From Okamejei kenojei (lineage: Eukaryota): a stretch of DNA of 64,000 bases. The stretch lies in assembly GCA_035221665.1 (NCBI GenBank), contig CM069164.1, forward strand, positions 26,412,001 through 26,476,000. Reading direction: 5' to 3'. The translations under genes and the position numbers were made by a program. Numbering within the stretch: position 1 is the first letter of the stretch; every line of letters starts with the position of its first letter. This document shows positions 38,498 through 52,822 of the stretch, one piece after another. The notes under the pieces were generated by a model, which did no database searches, was not told the DNA's origin, and was given only the letters and a program-made list of their open reading frames with translations.

Positions 38498-40488
38498 TGG
38501 GACAGGCCCTTTCCAGCGAATGCTGTGCCAAAGACCCGGGTTCGATCCCGACTACGTGCTGTCTGTACGGAGTTTGTACGTTCTCCCCGTGACCCACGTG
38601 GGTTTTCTCTGAGAACTCTGTTTCCTCCCACACTCCAAAGACGTGCAGGTATGAAGGTTAATTGGCTGGCTAAATGTAAAAATTGTCCCTAGTGGGTGTG
38701 ATGGGCGGGGAACGCTGGTCGGCGCGGATCCGGTGGGCTCAAAGGGCCTGTTTCCGCTCCGTATCTCTAAATTAAACTAAAACTGAAAACTCAACTCAAC
38801 TAAACCATGCTTTATTGGTATTGCAGATTCGATGCAATTCTTGGTAAGTTGTAAATTTGTTCCTAGTGTGTTGGATAGTGATCATACGGGGTGATCATTG
38901 GTCACTGCAGGATCATTGGGCCAAGGGGCCTGTTTGCATCCTGTACCGCTAAAGTCTGATGGTTAGAAAGCTTGCAGTAGCCTGGGGCTTGCCTGGAATG
39001 GGGAGTGCTCATAATAACTAGACGATAAGAAATGGCACCCATTGCATGCGGGATCAGCTGGCTATTTCTGTACACTTTGCTGAAGTATGGCAATACGCCA
39101 CTGACTGTAAGAAAATAATTTCACAGTATGTTTGGAGAAAGGAGAGTCTTGGACGAAATAAAAGTGTGACAAAGCACACCTCCAGATTCGGGGACGTTAC
39201 TTCTCAACTGTTAATCATCCTACCATACGCAGAGAGCAGTGCTGAACTACTATCTACCTCTTCGGTGACCCTCAGACTATTCTTGATCGGACTTTGCTGG
39301 TTTTATCTTGCGTGAAACATTATTCCCTTATCATATATCCATACACTGTAAATGGCTCGATTGTAATCATGTATTGTCTTTCTGCTGGGGGTTACACAAA
39401 AAGCTGGAGAAACTCAGCGGGTGCAGCAGCATCTAAGGAGCGAAGGAGATAGGCGACGTTTCAGGTCGAGACCCTTCTTCAGACTGGTCAGGGATCAGGG
39501 AAACGAGAGATATAGACGGTGATGTGGAGAGATAAAGAACAATGAATGAAAGATATGCAAAAAAGTATCAATGATAAAGGGAACAAGCCATTGTAAGCTG
39601 TTTGTGGTGTGAAAATGAGAAGCTAGTGCAACTAGGGTGGGGGAGGGAGATGTCTTTCTGCTGACTGGTTAGCACACAACAACAGCTTTTCACTGTACCT
39701 CGATACACGTGACAAAATAAACTGAAGTGGAGCTGAAAGAAATGTTCTATCAGTGTACTCACAACAAGGACATTGTTTCATTGTTCATCAATATGAGAAT
39801 CGCCTGAATTTACGTTGTACTCTTTACATTTGGTTAATGGTCCTGCATACATTGCAGCGAAGGTCTGGTCTGGGTTGGAGCTTCTTCCAATGAATTCTTC
39901 CAATCTAATGTTATTACCATTGTACCAAGAGCTCCATAGTCACCTGTTATTAAAGAAAGCTATTGTTGATGTCTCTCTCTCTCTCTCCCCCTCACTCACT
40001 TCTTTCCTTAACTTCAGCCATGACCTGATGACCAGTGATGGAAACTTTGAGGAGTCCGTACGGAGTTTGTACATTCCTCCTGTGACCTCGTGGGTTTTCC
40101 CCGGGTGCTCCAGTTTCCTCCCACACTCCGAAGACGTACAGGCTTGTAGTTTAATTGGCTTCTGTAAATTGTAAATTGTCCCTAGTGTGTAGGATAGTAC
40201 TAGTTTAGTTTGTTTATTTGCTCAGAAATACAGCACAAAAACTTTGGCCCACCGAGTCCGCGCCGACCAGCGATCCCCGCACATTAACACCATCCTACAC
40301 ACACTAGGGACAATTTACACTTATACCAAGCCAATTAACCTACAAACCTGTACGTCTTTGGAGCGTGGGAGGAAACCAATGATCTCGGAGAAAACCCACG
40401 CGGGTCACAGGGAGAATGTACAAACTCCATACAGACAGCACATGTGGTCGGGATCAAACCCGCGTCTCCGGTGCTGCAAATGCTGTAA

Positions 40489-40808
40489 TATCCCTGTCCC
40501 ACTGTACAAGTTCATTCCAAGAGCTCTCCAGAGTTTAAAAAAAATCAAACTCGTGGTAAGCACGGAGAATGAACGTAGCGGGTACGTCGGAGCTCGGGGA
40601 CGCCTCTTAGCGCTAACGGCAGGTACTCGGGAAGACTCGCTAACGGCAGGTAAGCACGGGAAGACTCGTGAAGATTTTTCAACATGTTGAAAAATGTCCA
40701 CGAGAGCCCCGAGTACCGACGAGTGGCCATTACCATAAATCTCCGAGCTCGAATCAGGGCAAACTCGGGAGAGCTCTTGGAATGAACTCGTACCGTGGGA
40801 CAGGGGTT
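40489..40808. mobile_element. PIF/Harbinger-type MITE (same family as 37497, opposite orientation) inside a V-SINE
   Basis: The SINE sequence GCTG-TAA-GGCAGCAA is split with TAA duplicated (40486-40488, 40809-40811), giving an unambiguous 3-bp TSD. Confidence 0.92.
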
Positions 40809-41089
40809 TAAGGCAGCAATGCTGCTGCACTAGCATGCCTCTAGCGTGTGGGGATCGCTGGTCGGCATGGACTCAGTGGGCCGAAGGGCCTGTTTCCGCG
40901 CTGCATCTCTGAACTAAACTAATACTGTACAGTGCAGCTTGTTAAATATGCCACTCACAGTGGCGTAGAATTTATTTCCCCGTTTTAATTGCGTGAAGTT
41001 TGTTTTGTGAATTGAATTACCTGGTTCACGCACTCCTGTAAAGACTAAAATGCATTCCAGTTTTATATAAACAGAACACATAAGGAGAG

Positions 41090-41471
41090 GAAGCAACTAA
41101 CACATCTGTCATTAATATGCATTTGTAGTGCCACAAGTCCGGGCAAGTGTGCCTCCATTATAATATTCTACATAATTATTTACTTTACACCGAACAAATG
41201 CAGCTCAGGTTTGCTTGCATTTATTAGTGTTAAACCAGAGATTAATTAAATTAAATACATTTCTTCTCGAGGCATGCCTTAATTCAATCGTGTCATTACA
41301 TTTTCCAGTTGCATTGTCATCGAGTGTAGTGTTTCAAACGAGCCTGATCAAATCTGTAAAATGCGTTTTTTCTGCATTTACTTTATTCGCGTGTGGCTAC
41401 TGCTCTTTGCAAATTACCTGAAGGTACCTTTCGCATGGAGGGTTTGCTGAAAGCTGACGGAGAACAGAAGG

Positions 41472-41514
<43 letters not shown>

Positions 41515-41990
41515 GGGGGGGGGGGGGGGCACGTCCCAATGCACCTTTGCACAGGGCCAGGCATCCATTTGTAATGTTTAAAGACTCTGTGATGCCCTAT
41601 GTTATCTAATCAATCAGCCTTCTCTGAGCTGGGATAATGCGCCGTGCCACATGTTTTTGTAACAAATTACATTTAGACACTTTAAGACACTTTCATTATT
41701 TTAACGCAGGTTATAATTAGTCATTGTCAAGGCATATGCGCAGGTTGTGCAAATCCGAATAAATTTGGTTTGCTCTATCAGCAGTCACAAATGAAGCAAT
41801 ACATTAGGAATAGTGGCTCATGAGGTCTCCGATCAAAATCCTTACCTGAAATCCTGGGCGTTTCTTGCTTTTAATGGGGAAAATGAAAGTACTGAGGAAA
41901 GAATGGTGACAACTGCAAGGCATTGTTTGTTGTTTTGCCCTTAAGGAAGAAAGATTATGAATAATATTAACACACCAACATTTCAATTAG
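41090..41990. promoter_or_regulatory. Candidate conserved non-coding enhancer block(s)
   Basis: ~900 bp with no transposon fragments in a transposon-saturated region; dense TAAT/ATTA, TGTCA and ATTGT motifs. Conservation was not tested. Confidence 0.4.
41478..41510 (+). repeat. (GA)n microsatellite followed by poly-G
   Basis: Direct reading. Confidence 0.95.
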
Positions 41991-42544
41991 TTAAAACTGC
42001 AGTTAGATTATGGAAAACATTCTTTTTGGCATAGTGCCTTATACCACTTGCAGTGCCAGAGACCTGGGTTCGATCCCGACTACGGGTGCTGTCTGTACAG
42101 ATTGTGTACATTCTCCCGTGTGACCGCGCTGTTTTACTCTGAGATCTTTAGCTTCCTCCCACACCCCAAAGACGAGCTAGTGTGCGGGGATCGCTGGTCG
42201 GCACGGACTCTGTGGGCCGAAGGGCCGGTTCCCATGCTGTATCTGTGAACCAAACTAAACTAAACTCTCATGATTCAAGAACGTTCAAGTTCCTTGAGCT
42301 AACGTTTTTCTGTGGAGAGCTGGCTGAAAACTAAATAAAGTGAATATTGTTTGGGAGATTAATAACAGAAGAAAGAGTGCAAGCCATTTGGCCCATCAAG
42401 CCTGATCCCATTAACTCCCAGGAAACTGCAGATGCTGGAATCTTGAGCAAAGCACAAAGTGCTGGAGGAACAGCGGGCTTTGGACAAATTCCGTGCAGAG
42501 AGCACCGATGGTCAGGATCGGACCCGGGTCTCTGGCACTGTAAA

Positions 42545-42852
42545 GCAGTTTAGTTAAGTTTAGAGATACAGCGCGGAAACTCACCGAAACAGCCCCGAGT
42601 CCTCACCGACCAGCGATCACTGCACATTAGCTCTACCCTACACTCACTAGGAACAATTTTACAATTATACCAAACCAATTAACCTACAAACCTGTACATC
42701 TTTGGTGTGTGGGGGGAAACTGGAGCACCCGGAGAAAACCCACACGGGTCACAGGGAGGACGTACAAACTCCGCACAGACAGGACCCGTAGTCAGGATCG
42801 AACCCGGGTCTCCGGCGCTGTGAGGCAGCAACTCTACCGCTGCGCCACCATG
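42545..42852 (-). mobile_element. V-SINE (HE1-like)
   Basis: Full-length copy. Confidence 0.85.
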
Positions 42853-45800
42853 CAACCAAGTACAAAGTGAATTTACAGAAAACTCTGCTTTAAGTGTTGA
42901 ATACATCAGGAGGACAAATTATGTGTAACAAGGATGAATACAAGATTCAACTGCCAGCTCCTTACGCCAATGATCTCTTTAAAGGATAAATCATTGCTAA
43001 AATATTTGTGCAGCATGAAAATTGATAAATTTCAGCTTCATCATTTTCAACATGGTGTGTGAAATCTGATCTCAAAATGTACACGATAGTCATATTCATT
43101 TCACTTTTCTGGTCAGCAGAGAATTATAGAATCACACAACAGGCAAATATCCATGTAACCACTTTTATCACTCCTGCCCTTTTGAAAACGCACCCCTCCA
43201 CCTCTGACTTCTATCATTAAATGGAAATACTTTGTGAAAATAATTGCCCCAATACATCAGAAATACTAAGGGGTCAAATGCGTTCATGACTTTAGAGGTT
43301 GAGTGCACAGCTGTGCACCAAGGTGCAGTGAATTTGTTAATTAGTGTTAACATATTGGGTGCTAACTCTTGTCTGCACCTTTAAATTATTCCTGGGAGAA
43401 ATGGGTCCAACCTGGTATTAATATATTCTGGTTGGCACCGTGTTGGTCGACATGACTCATGAACCAACAAATTTTCAGCTCGGCTCACTAAAGATTGGCT
43501 GCAAAGTTTCTCCCAACTCAGTCCGATTTGGTTCTTATTTTACGCAGATTAATTTTCCTTTGTGAATATATTGTGGCTGTTGCCTCCAGCGTGGTTTACC
43601 ACCACACAAATCGCTATTTTTTGTAATACAGTACAACAGTAAGGAGCTGGCAGTTGAATCTTGTATTCAGCCTTGTGGACCGTAACTTGTCCTCCTGACC
43701 TATTCGACACTTTAAAGCAGAGTTTTCTGTAAATTCACTTTGTATGGGGCGGCACAGTGGCGCAGCGGTAGAGTTGCTCTGCCTTACAGAGCTAGACCCA
43801 ATCTGAAGAAGGATCTCGACCTGAAACGTCACCCATTCCTTCTCTCCAGAGATGCTGTCGCTGTCTCATGACTCCAGCATGTTCCTGTCTATCTTCGATG
43901 TAAACCAGGATCTGAAGTTCCTTCCTACACAACAATAAACTTAAGATAGGCACAAAGAGCTGGAGGTACTCAGCGGGACATGGGAGCATCTCTGGAGAGA
44001 AGGAATGGATGACATTTCGGGTCGAGACCCTTCTTCATCCAATAAACCGACTTGGCCAGGGATGTAGATAGGAAGAGTTAAGAGGGAAATGGGCCATATT
44101 TGACATGGGCCATAATTGTATCTATCTTCGGAGTGAAAGTCTGTCTTTGATCACAAATGATAGAGGAATGGCTTCACCTCAGAGTTTAGAGCTACAGCGT
44201 GGAAGCAGGCACTACGAGTCTATGCCAACCTGCGATCACCCCGTACGCTAGGACTATCCTACACACTAGGGACAATTTACAATATACAGAAGCAAATAAA
44301 CCTACAAGCCTGTACGTCTTTGCAGTGTGGGAGGAAACTGGAGTGTGGGTCCACAGTATTCAAGAGAATGTCAAAGAATGAATTAATTAATCATGTGACA
44401 AGGTGAAACCCAGGGTATGCAAACAGTCACCACATAAAGGGAGTCCAATAGTATGGAGATTCACTCAGAAATTTGGAGGAGTCTAGAGAAATGAGAGGAG
44501 ATGTAAGTAACTACACAGGCAGGAACCTTGAACAAAGCACAAAGTGCTGGAGAAAACATCTTCAGTGGTCAGTTAGCCTACTAACTCACATGCCTTTTGA
44601 TGTAGGAGGGAGAGATAGATCAGCCATGAATGAATGGTGGAGTAGACCTAATGGGCCAAATGGCCTAATTCTGCAACTTTCACTTATGACATGATCTAGA
44701 AATGCTAAGGATGTTTTCCTGATCTCCCAATGCATCTCATTGCAACGCTTCAACTTATTTTATCTGCATTTTCTCTGCAATTGTAACTCTATTTCCGTTG
44801 AGTTTAGTTTAGTTTAGAGATACAGCGTGGAAACAGTCCCTTTGACCCACCGAGTCCGCACCGACATTAACACTATCCCATACACACTAGGGACAATTTT
44901 ACGATTATAACAAGCCAATTGACCTACAAACCTGCACGTCTTTGGAGAGTGAGAGGAAACTGAAGCTCCCGGAGAAAAGCCATGCGGTTTCTGGAAGAAA
45001 GTACAAACTCCGTAGAGACAGCACCCGTAGTCAGCATCGAACCTTGGTCTCTGGTGCTGTAAGGCAGCAACTCTAACGCTGCCACCATGCCACCCGTTCC
45101 GCATGCAATTTGCGGATTGCCCAAGATTCTACTATCTACAATTTCTTGTGTCTCTATTGAACTTATGTATGGTTCGACACTTGCTTCGGTGAGATACCCA
45201 AGGTGGAATTTACTAATTTAACCGGGTCATCCCTAAAACATTGCTGTTCTGAAGCAGTAAAACCGTCAAACTGTTTGCAGAAATAAGCCTGAACTTTCCT
45301 CTTCACTGATGCTGAAGCACATTTAGCCGGTGAATCTGATAATAACTTCAGTGGGGATGTAGAAGTGTGACTCTTCCCCGCTGGCATTGCATCTGCCGAC
45401 ATATTAATATCTCAGCTACATCCTCCAGTGCAGTTTGCCCACTAAGTTGTCACCTCAGCAATTCCTATGCAGTTGGCGTGTAAAATCTGGTATTGTTCAT
45501 AAGTTCTTAAATCAATGGTTTATGTATTGTCATATGTGCCAAATACAGTGAAATACATTGGAAGGAACTGCAGATGCTGGTTTAAACCGAAGATAGACAC
45601 AAAAAGATGTAGTAACGCACCGGGTCAGGCAGCATCCCTGGAGATCAAGGCGAGGCAACACTTCGGGTCAGAACCCTTCTTCACTTCTTTATTCGATTCT
45701 GTGAATTGTTAAATTGGTATTGGTTTATTATCGTCATCTGTATCCTGTATGTTGTAATATACATTGATAAACTTGGTTTTGCTTGCTATTCGGGCAGATC

Positions 45801-47599
45801 TTCACATCCATGCATTGGGGGTACACAAAATCCCTGTGTAAATACAGAAGGGACCATTGTAGCTCATAAATTAACTCCCACCCACCCTCCCAAGTACTCC
45901 TTGCTCCATCTACGGATGTGTCTGCGACACCACATTGGCCTCATTTATCGCCCAGCGAAAGAAGCGGTCACGGTGGCGCAGCGGTAGAGTTGCTGCCTTA
46001 CAGCGAATGCAGCGCCGGAGACACGGGTTCGATCCCGACTACGGGTAGAAAATGTCACTAGTAGGATAGCGTTAATGTGCGGGGATCGCTGGTCGGCACG
46101 GACCCGGTGGGCCGAAGGGCCGTTTCCACCCTGTATCTAAAACTAAAAACTAAACGTAAAAGCTGACCCTCTCAATATTCCCGTATAAATAACCTACGCT
46201 GCACAATCTTCGAGCGTGGAATGTACATGGACAACATCAAGTGCAAACAGGTTCAGTAAAAAAACCTGGCCTGTTTTATGGATGGTAAAGAGTGGCACAA
46301 CAGCGCAATGGTGGTTCCTGCCTTACAGCGGCAGAGACCCAGGTTCGATCCTGACCTCGAGTGCTGTCTGTACGGAGTTTGTACGTTCTCCCTGTGATCT
46401 GCGTGGGTTTTCTCTGTGACCTCCGGTTTCCTCCCACACTCCAAAGACATGCAGATTTGTAGGTGGATTGGCTTCAGTAAAATTGTAAATTGTCCCTAGT
46501 GTGTAGGACTGTGTTAGTGTACGGGGTGATCGCTGGTCAGAGCGGACTCGCTGGGCCGGAGAGACTGTTTCCGCACTATCTCTCTAAAGTCAAAAATGAA
46601 TTAGCCCTTTTTATTACCTTCAAGCGATCGTTTAAGTTTGTCATCAACACCTCAACGATATTGTTGTAGACAATGAACGATAGACAATAGACAATAGGTG
46701 CAGGAGGAGGCCATTTGGCCCTTTGAGCCAGCACCGCCATTCATTGTGATCATGCCTCATCATCCACAGATCTATTTGAACCTTGTTTTCAACAGTCTAG
46801 TGTGTTTAGTGAACAAGCTGCCTGCAATCACTGCTAATCAATGCACTAAGTACAAACTTGATATTAAATTGCACTCCCAAGCCACTCCTCAATGGTGAAG
46901 CCCTGTTTTTAACAAAGTGCTTTGAGAGCATAAATCTTGACATGAAGTGCGATAAGGAGCAGTACAAACCTCGCACTCGAAAACGGTGAAATCCCTTGAA
47001 AGCCAGCTAAGTTGCTGGAATTGCTCAGCTGGTTGTCAAACCTACGTATCACTTCAGGTCAAGTCGAGTGTATTGTCACATATCCGGGTACAGTACGGTT
47101 TAGGTGCAGTGAAAGCCTTGCTTGCAGCAACATCTTAGGACTCGCTCACCAGAGAAAAACTTACATAGTACTTATATTATGCGTGAATTACACGTAAATT
47201 CCACAAAAGTGGAAAGAAAATTAATGTGGGCAGCACAGTAGCATAGGTGGGCGACAAGTGGCTCAGTGCTAAAGTTGCTGCCTTATAGCACCAGAGGCCC
47301 GGGATCGATCCTGACTGAAATTGCTGTGTGTGCAGAGTTTGTACGATCTCCACGTGACCGCGTGGGTTTTTCCCAGGGTTTTTACTCCAAGACGTACAGG
47401 TTTATAGGTTAATTGGTTGCTGTAAAATTGTAAATTGTCCCTAATGTGTAGGATAGTCCTAGTGTGCGGGGATCGTTGGTCGGCCCGGACTCTGTGGGCC
47501 GAAAGGCCTGTTTCTGTGCTGTATCTCTAAAGTTTAAAGTAAAGCCTAAAGACCCACTGTAGTACGAAGGAGGTGCCTCAGCATTTCAGTCAAGATATC

Positions 47600-47935
47600 G
47601 TTTAGTCTAGTTTAGTTTAGTTTAGTTTAGTTTAGTTTAGTTTAGAGATACAGCGCAGAAACAGGCCCTTCGGCCCACCGGGTCTGCGCCGACCAGCGAT
47701 CCCCGCACATTAATACTATCCTACACACACTGGGGACAATTTTTACATTTACCAAGCCAATTAACCTGCAAACCTGTACGTCTTTGGAGTGTGGGAGGAA
47801 ACCAAGGATCGCGGAGAAAACCCACGCAGGTCACGGGGAGAACGTACAAACTCCGTACAGACAGCACCCGTGGTCAGGATCGAACTCGGGTCTCCGGCGC
47901 TGCATTCGCTGTAAGGCAGCAACTCTACCGCTGCT
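47600..47935 (-). mobile_element. V-SINE with a long (AAACT)n tail
   Basis: Little-diverged copy; an oppositely oriented copy follows at 48043-48345. Confidence 0.88.
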
Positions 47936-49256
47936 CCATTTGTTCTCGTGGGATGTGGTAGTTTGCATGGAAATATTTTGATGTATAGAGCAGGGATTTC
48001 CCTCACTGCTTCTTGGACATTTGCCTCTCATACAATACCTAGGATGGCACACTGGTGCAGCGGTAGAGCTACTGCCTTACAGCGCCAGAGACCCGGGTTC
48101 GATCCTGGACACGTGCTGTCTGTATGGAGTTTGTACGTTCTCCCCATGACCTGCGTGGGTTTTTTTCCGAGAACTTTGGTTTCCTCCCACGCTACAAAGA
48201 TGTACAGGTTTGTAGGTTAATTGGCTTGGTGTAAATGTAAAAAAATGTCCCTTGTGTGAGATAATGTTAATGTGCGGGGATCGCTGGTCGGTGCAGACAT
48301 GATGGGCCACAGGGCTGTATCTATAAACTAAAACTAAACTAAACATCTGAATAAGGTCTAATGGGAAATAGATGGAACTGTAACCTGACCAAAATATGAA
48401 GGGTGGGTGAAACTTAGCTCATAAGGAAACTGTTGATGAGATAAGAGCAGCTGAAGCTACAAAGTGCCTGAGGGAAGAGAGAGAAACAATCAGCTTGTTG
48501 ATGGAATATTGTAGACTGGGAAAATGTGCCAACAGCTAAACTTCCTGAAGAAAGCTGGCAGCACATCATTACATTAATCCTGTTAATAATAAGACAGCTG
48601 ACTGTTTAAAGAGAATTATGAGCAGCATGGTAGTACGTTTTAAGCCTCTACATCACTGCCTGCAAGGACTGTCTTAGATTAGAGTGGCCTGTGAGGTCTG
48701 ATCTATCGACTCGGAACTTCTGACGTTGAGGAAGACTATGATGTCCTCGAGACACAAGGAACTGCAGATGCTGGAATTGTGAGTGAAACGCAAAGTGCTG
48801 AAGTAACTTAGCAAGTCTTGCAGCATCTATGGAGGTATAGGAAGGAACTGCAGATGCTGGTTTATACCGAAGATAGAAACAAAATGCTGGAGTAACTCAG
48901 CAGGTCAGGCAGAGTAACGGGTGAAAACGGTTAGTTGACGTTTCGGGTCGGGACCCTTCTTCAGACTGATATTATGGAGGGGTACAATGGAGGGGTGGAA
49001 TATGCATTTTGGGTCAAGACCCTTCTTCAGACTGGTTGGAGTAGGAGGGGAGAAGGCTGTGGGGGTGGGACAAAGCCTGGAAAGTGATTGGGGGATACAG
49101 GTGATGGAGAGTTTTATTGGCAGATGGGTGGACGAAGGCTGGAGATGAAAAGCGTATCAGATGAGGAGAGAGGAGGAATGAAATGTAAAGCTGGAGGGAG
49201 GGATATAATTGATGGGGTACTAGGTTAGGGAGGGGTGCTTTGGGTTGGGTGGGGAA

Positions 49257-49660
49257 GACAATAGACAATAGAAGCAGGAGTAGGCCATTCGGCCCTTCGA
49301 GCCAGCACCGGTGTTCAATGTGATCATGGCTGATCATCCACAATTAGTACCCCATTCCTGCCTTCTCCCCATATCCCCTGACTACGCTATCTTTAAGAGC
49401 CCTATCTAGTAAGTATCCAGAGAACCTGGCCTCCACCGCCCTCTGAGGCAGAGAATTCCACAGACTCACAACTCTCTGTGTGAAAAAGTTTTTCCTCATC
49501 TCCGTTATAAATGGCTTACCCTTTATTCTTAAACTGTGGCCCCTGGTTCTGGACTCCCCCAACATCGGGAACATGTTTTCTGCCTCTAGCATGTCCAAAC
49601 CCTTAATAATCTTATATGTTTCAATAAGAGCCCCTCTCATCCTTCTAAACTCCAGAGTAT
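49257..49660 (-). mobile_element. CR1 LINE 3' fragment
   Basis: LEFRRMRGALIETYKIIKGLD..FPMLGESRTRGHSLRIKG..FFTQRVVSLWNSLPQRAVEA. Confidence 0.92.
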
Positions 49661-52172
49661 AACATATAAGAGAAGGGGGATGGGGAGAGTTGAAGATATG
49701 GATGTGTGGATCTACCAACATGTAATATACTGAATTGGGAAGTGGATTAATGGACCCTCTCCCAGAACCCTGCAAAGGAAGCAATTAATGAACTGATTTT
49801 AATTATAGTGCTTACACCGCTGAGTTGCCCACATATTGGGCATTAAAAACTGGAGCTTTCTGCAGCGCTGAGCAAACTGATAATCTGCTTTGATCACATA
49901 GATTTAAGTTGAGCAATTAAGGGATCTCATTATCCAATCGAAATGTCGCCAGAAAAACTCAAAGCCAAGATTTTCTTTGCAACAGATGCCAAAAAAATGG
50001 GTTCTGGCAAGTTCATTTGGGCAAACATTAAAGAGGGATGACTTCCTCTTTATATGTACAACACAATCATAAACCTATTCTTATGAAACAGTTTTGATTT
50101 TGTTACGGCTAACAGTCACCTCAACCCCATGTTTAGCCGCAAGCTTCCACTCATCTTTTGGAAGCTACAGATAGACACGAAATGCTGGCGTAACTCAGCG
50201 GTACAGGCAGCATCTCTGGAGAGAAGGAATGGATAGAGGACACACCACACATCTTTGTCCTCCAGTTCCTGCGGACATCCGCCGTTGGAAGTATAGGACT
50301 TTGGTGTGTGTGCTTTATCATCAATCGGTTATTTCTGTTTATCTATCCCTATAAATCTTTTTAATCACTTTAAATCTCCAAAATGATCTACAGTATATTC
50401 AAGAAAATAGACTGGGTAGATTTGGAATAGGTCGGTTCGACGCACTGAGTCTCTTGTCTGGAGAATGGGGAATAAAGAAACAGAGGACATGGGTTTAATG
50501 TTAGGGGGAAGGATTTAATAGGAACTTGACGGGTAACTTTTTCATGCAAAGAATGATGGGTGTATGGAATGAGCTGCTGGAGGTGAGTGTTGAGACAAGG
50601 TACATGGATTGCTCAGGTTTAGAGCGATACGGGCCAAACGCAGGCAGGTAGGACTAGTGTAGATAGTGCATGTTGGTCGGTGTGGGTAAGTTGGGCCAAA
50701 GGGCCTGTTTCCATACTGCAAGACTCTATGACTCTGTGACTCTAAAATAGAGCCCACAGTCTGTGATTTTTGAACTGCAGTGGTATTGTGGACTAGCAGT
50801 GAATCAACCTCTTCACACAGAGGCCTCTGCTTTTCAGAGGTACCGGGGAATAGTTTTTACCCATCTCACTGCTTTCCCTCTCTCCCCGGCGAGTTTCACT
50901 GTCCTCCTGATTAAATATTACTGATTGTGTGCCTCATTGTCATCTTCCCCTCAGCTAACAATGAACCGTTCTAGATGTGTAGGAAGGAACTGCAGATACT
51001 GGTTTAATCCAAAGATCGGCACAAAAAGCCAGAGTAACTAATCGGGTCAGACAGCATCTCTGGAGAAAAGGAGTAGGTGACATTTCGGGTCGAGACCCTT
51101 CTTCGGACAATTCTACATTTCCTTGATCATCGTCCCCTTTGACATGCGTTTTCACACCTTACCCTTCCATGTCTCTATGTCTCCTTCTCCCCCTGAGTCT
51201 GAAGGTCTCGACCCTTCTCTGGATGTTTTTTAAGAGTGCGTTAGATAGAGCTCTTAAAGATAGCAGAGTCAAGGGATATGGGGAGAAGGCGGGAACGGGG
51301 TACTGATTGTAGATGATCAGCCATGATCACAGTGAATGGCGGAGCTGGCTCGAAGGGCCAAATAGCTTACTCCATCACCCATTGTCTGTGTCTAGTGACC
51401 CAAAACATCACCCATTCCTTCTCTCCAGAGATGCTGCCTGTCCTGCTGAGTTACTCCAGCATTTTGTGTCTATCACTGCACATGACCTCTAACGGGGGCA
51501 ATTCTGTGCAATGAACAGAAAATCAGACTTAAACGCCAGAGAATACAAGCATGATAACGTGATACGAAATATTAACATCACATCATATACTCAATTCTTC
51601 CACTCATTTTGCTTCAACATTGGAATCTGAAGGTTCCATTGGGAGAGATATTTTTTGGCCACCAGAGGCTTTATCTTTCTAAGAACTTTGTGAGAAAAAA
51701 CATTAAGAACAATGGATGCAATTAAATCAGTCAACCTTGTCTCTCCGTGGTGTATGTGTGAATTGTGAGCCGCATATTGCCACTATACAGAATATTCCTA
51801 CTGTACATCATCTATTTGTAAATAAATCAGGAAAAAAGATTAATAGTCGTGAGCTAAATGATCTCTGATGGAACGGGAGAAAATTGGTGGGCATTTATAT
51901 ATTCTATCATAAGCCTCTTACTGTAATACAGGGCCAACTATTGTTCCTGATGTTTATCCAGGAGAAGTTAATGTCAAATGCACCAACAAAGGAATAATTT
52001 AAATCTTACATGATGCAACTTAACAGGCTCATAAAACGCAATAACACACAGATAAAGATATTATTATTGGAAAATACAGTAAATGAATAACCATGATATG
52101 GGAGCGGCACTGTAGCTTGGTGGTACAGCTGCTGCCTTACAGTGCCAGAGATCCAGGTTTGAACATGACTAA

Positions 52173-52495
52173 TGGGCCTGTCCCACATACGCAACTTTTT
52201 CGGTGACTGCCGGCACCCGTCATAGATCGTTACAGGTCGTCGAAAATTTTCAACATGTTGAAAGTCCAGCAGCGACCAGAACAAGGTACGACTCTTTGGG
52301 CGACTACTCATGATCATACAGACTTCACCCCGTGACATGTCGCCAGAGTGTCGCATGTATGGTCGTGAGTAGTCTCCTCAGTCGCCCAAAGAGTCGCAGC
52401 TGAATTTTCAAATGTTGAAAATTTTCGCCGACCTGCAACGACCTATTATGGGTGCTGGCAGTCGCCAAAAAACTTGCGTAAGTGGGACAGGCCCA
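52173..52495. mobile_element. PIF/Harbinger-type MITE inside a V-SINE (52100-52680)
   Basis: TIRs TGGGCCTGTCCCAC(A)TACGCAA../..TTGCGTAAGTGGGACAGGCCCA. Confidence 0.82.
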
Positions 52496-52822
52496 AATGT
52501 CTGTGCGGAGTTTGTACCTTCTCCTGGTGACCACGTGGGTTTTCTCCGGGTGCTCCAGTTTCCTCCCACATTCCAAAGACGTACAGGTTTATAGGTTCAT
52601 TGGCTTCCGTAAATCGTTCCTCGTGTGTGTAGGATAGAACTAGTGTGAAGGGGTGATTGTTGATCAGCGTGGGATCGGCGCCTGTGGAGTTGTAAGATGC
52701 AAATGTGTGTCGCCCCCACACAGATAACGTACAGATAAGATATAATAATCAAAAATACATTAAAATCAATCATCGTAATGCTTGGTATCCATCATAAAAA
52801 CCAAAGTCCGTAGTGGACATAA

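Noticed and set aside
47600-47645. Regular short repeats such as (TTTAG)n and (AGACAAT)n as CRISPR- or telomere-like arrays
   Set aside because: No spacers; they are the microsatellite tails of V-SINE and CR1 copies.
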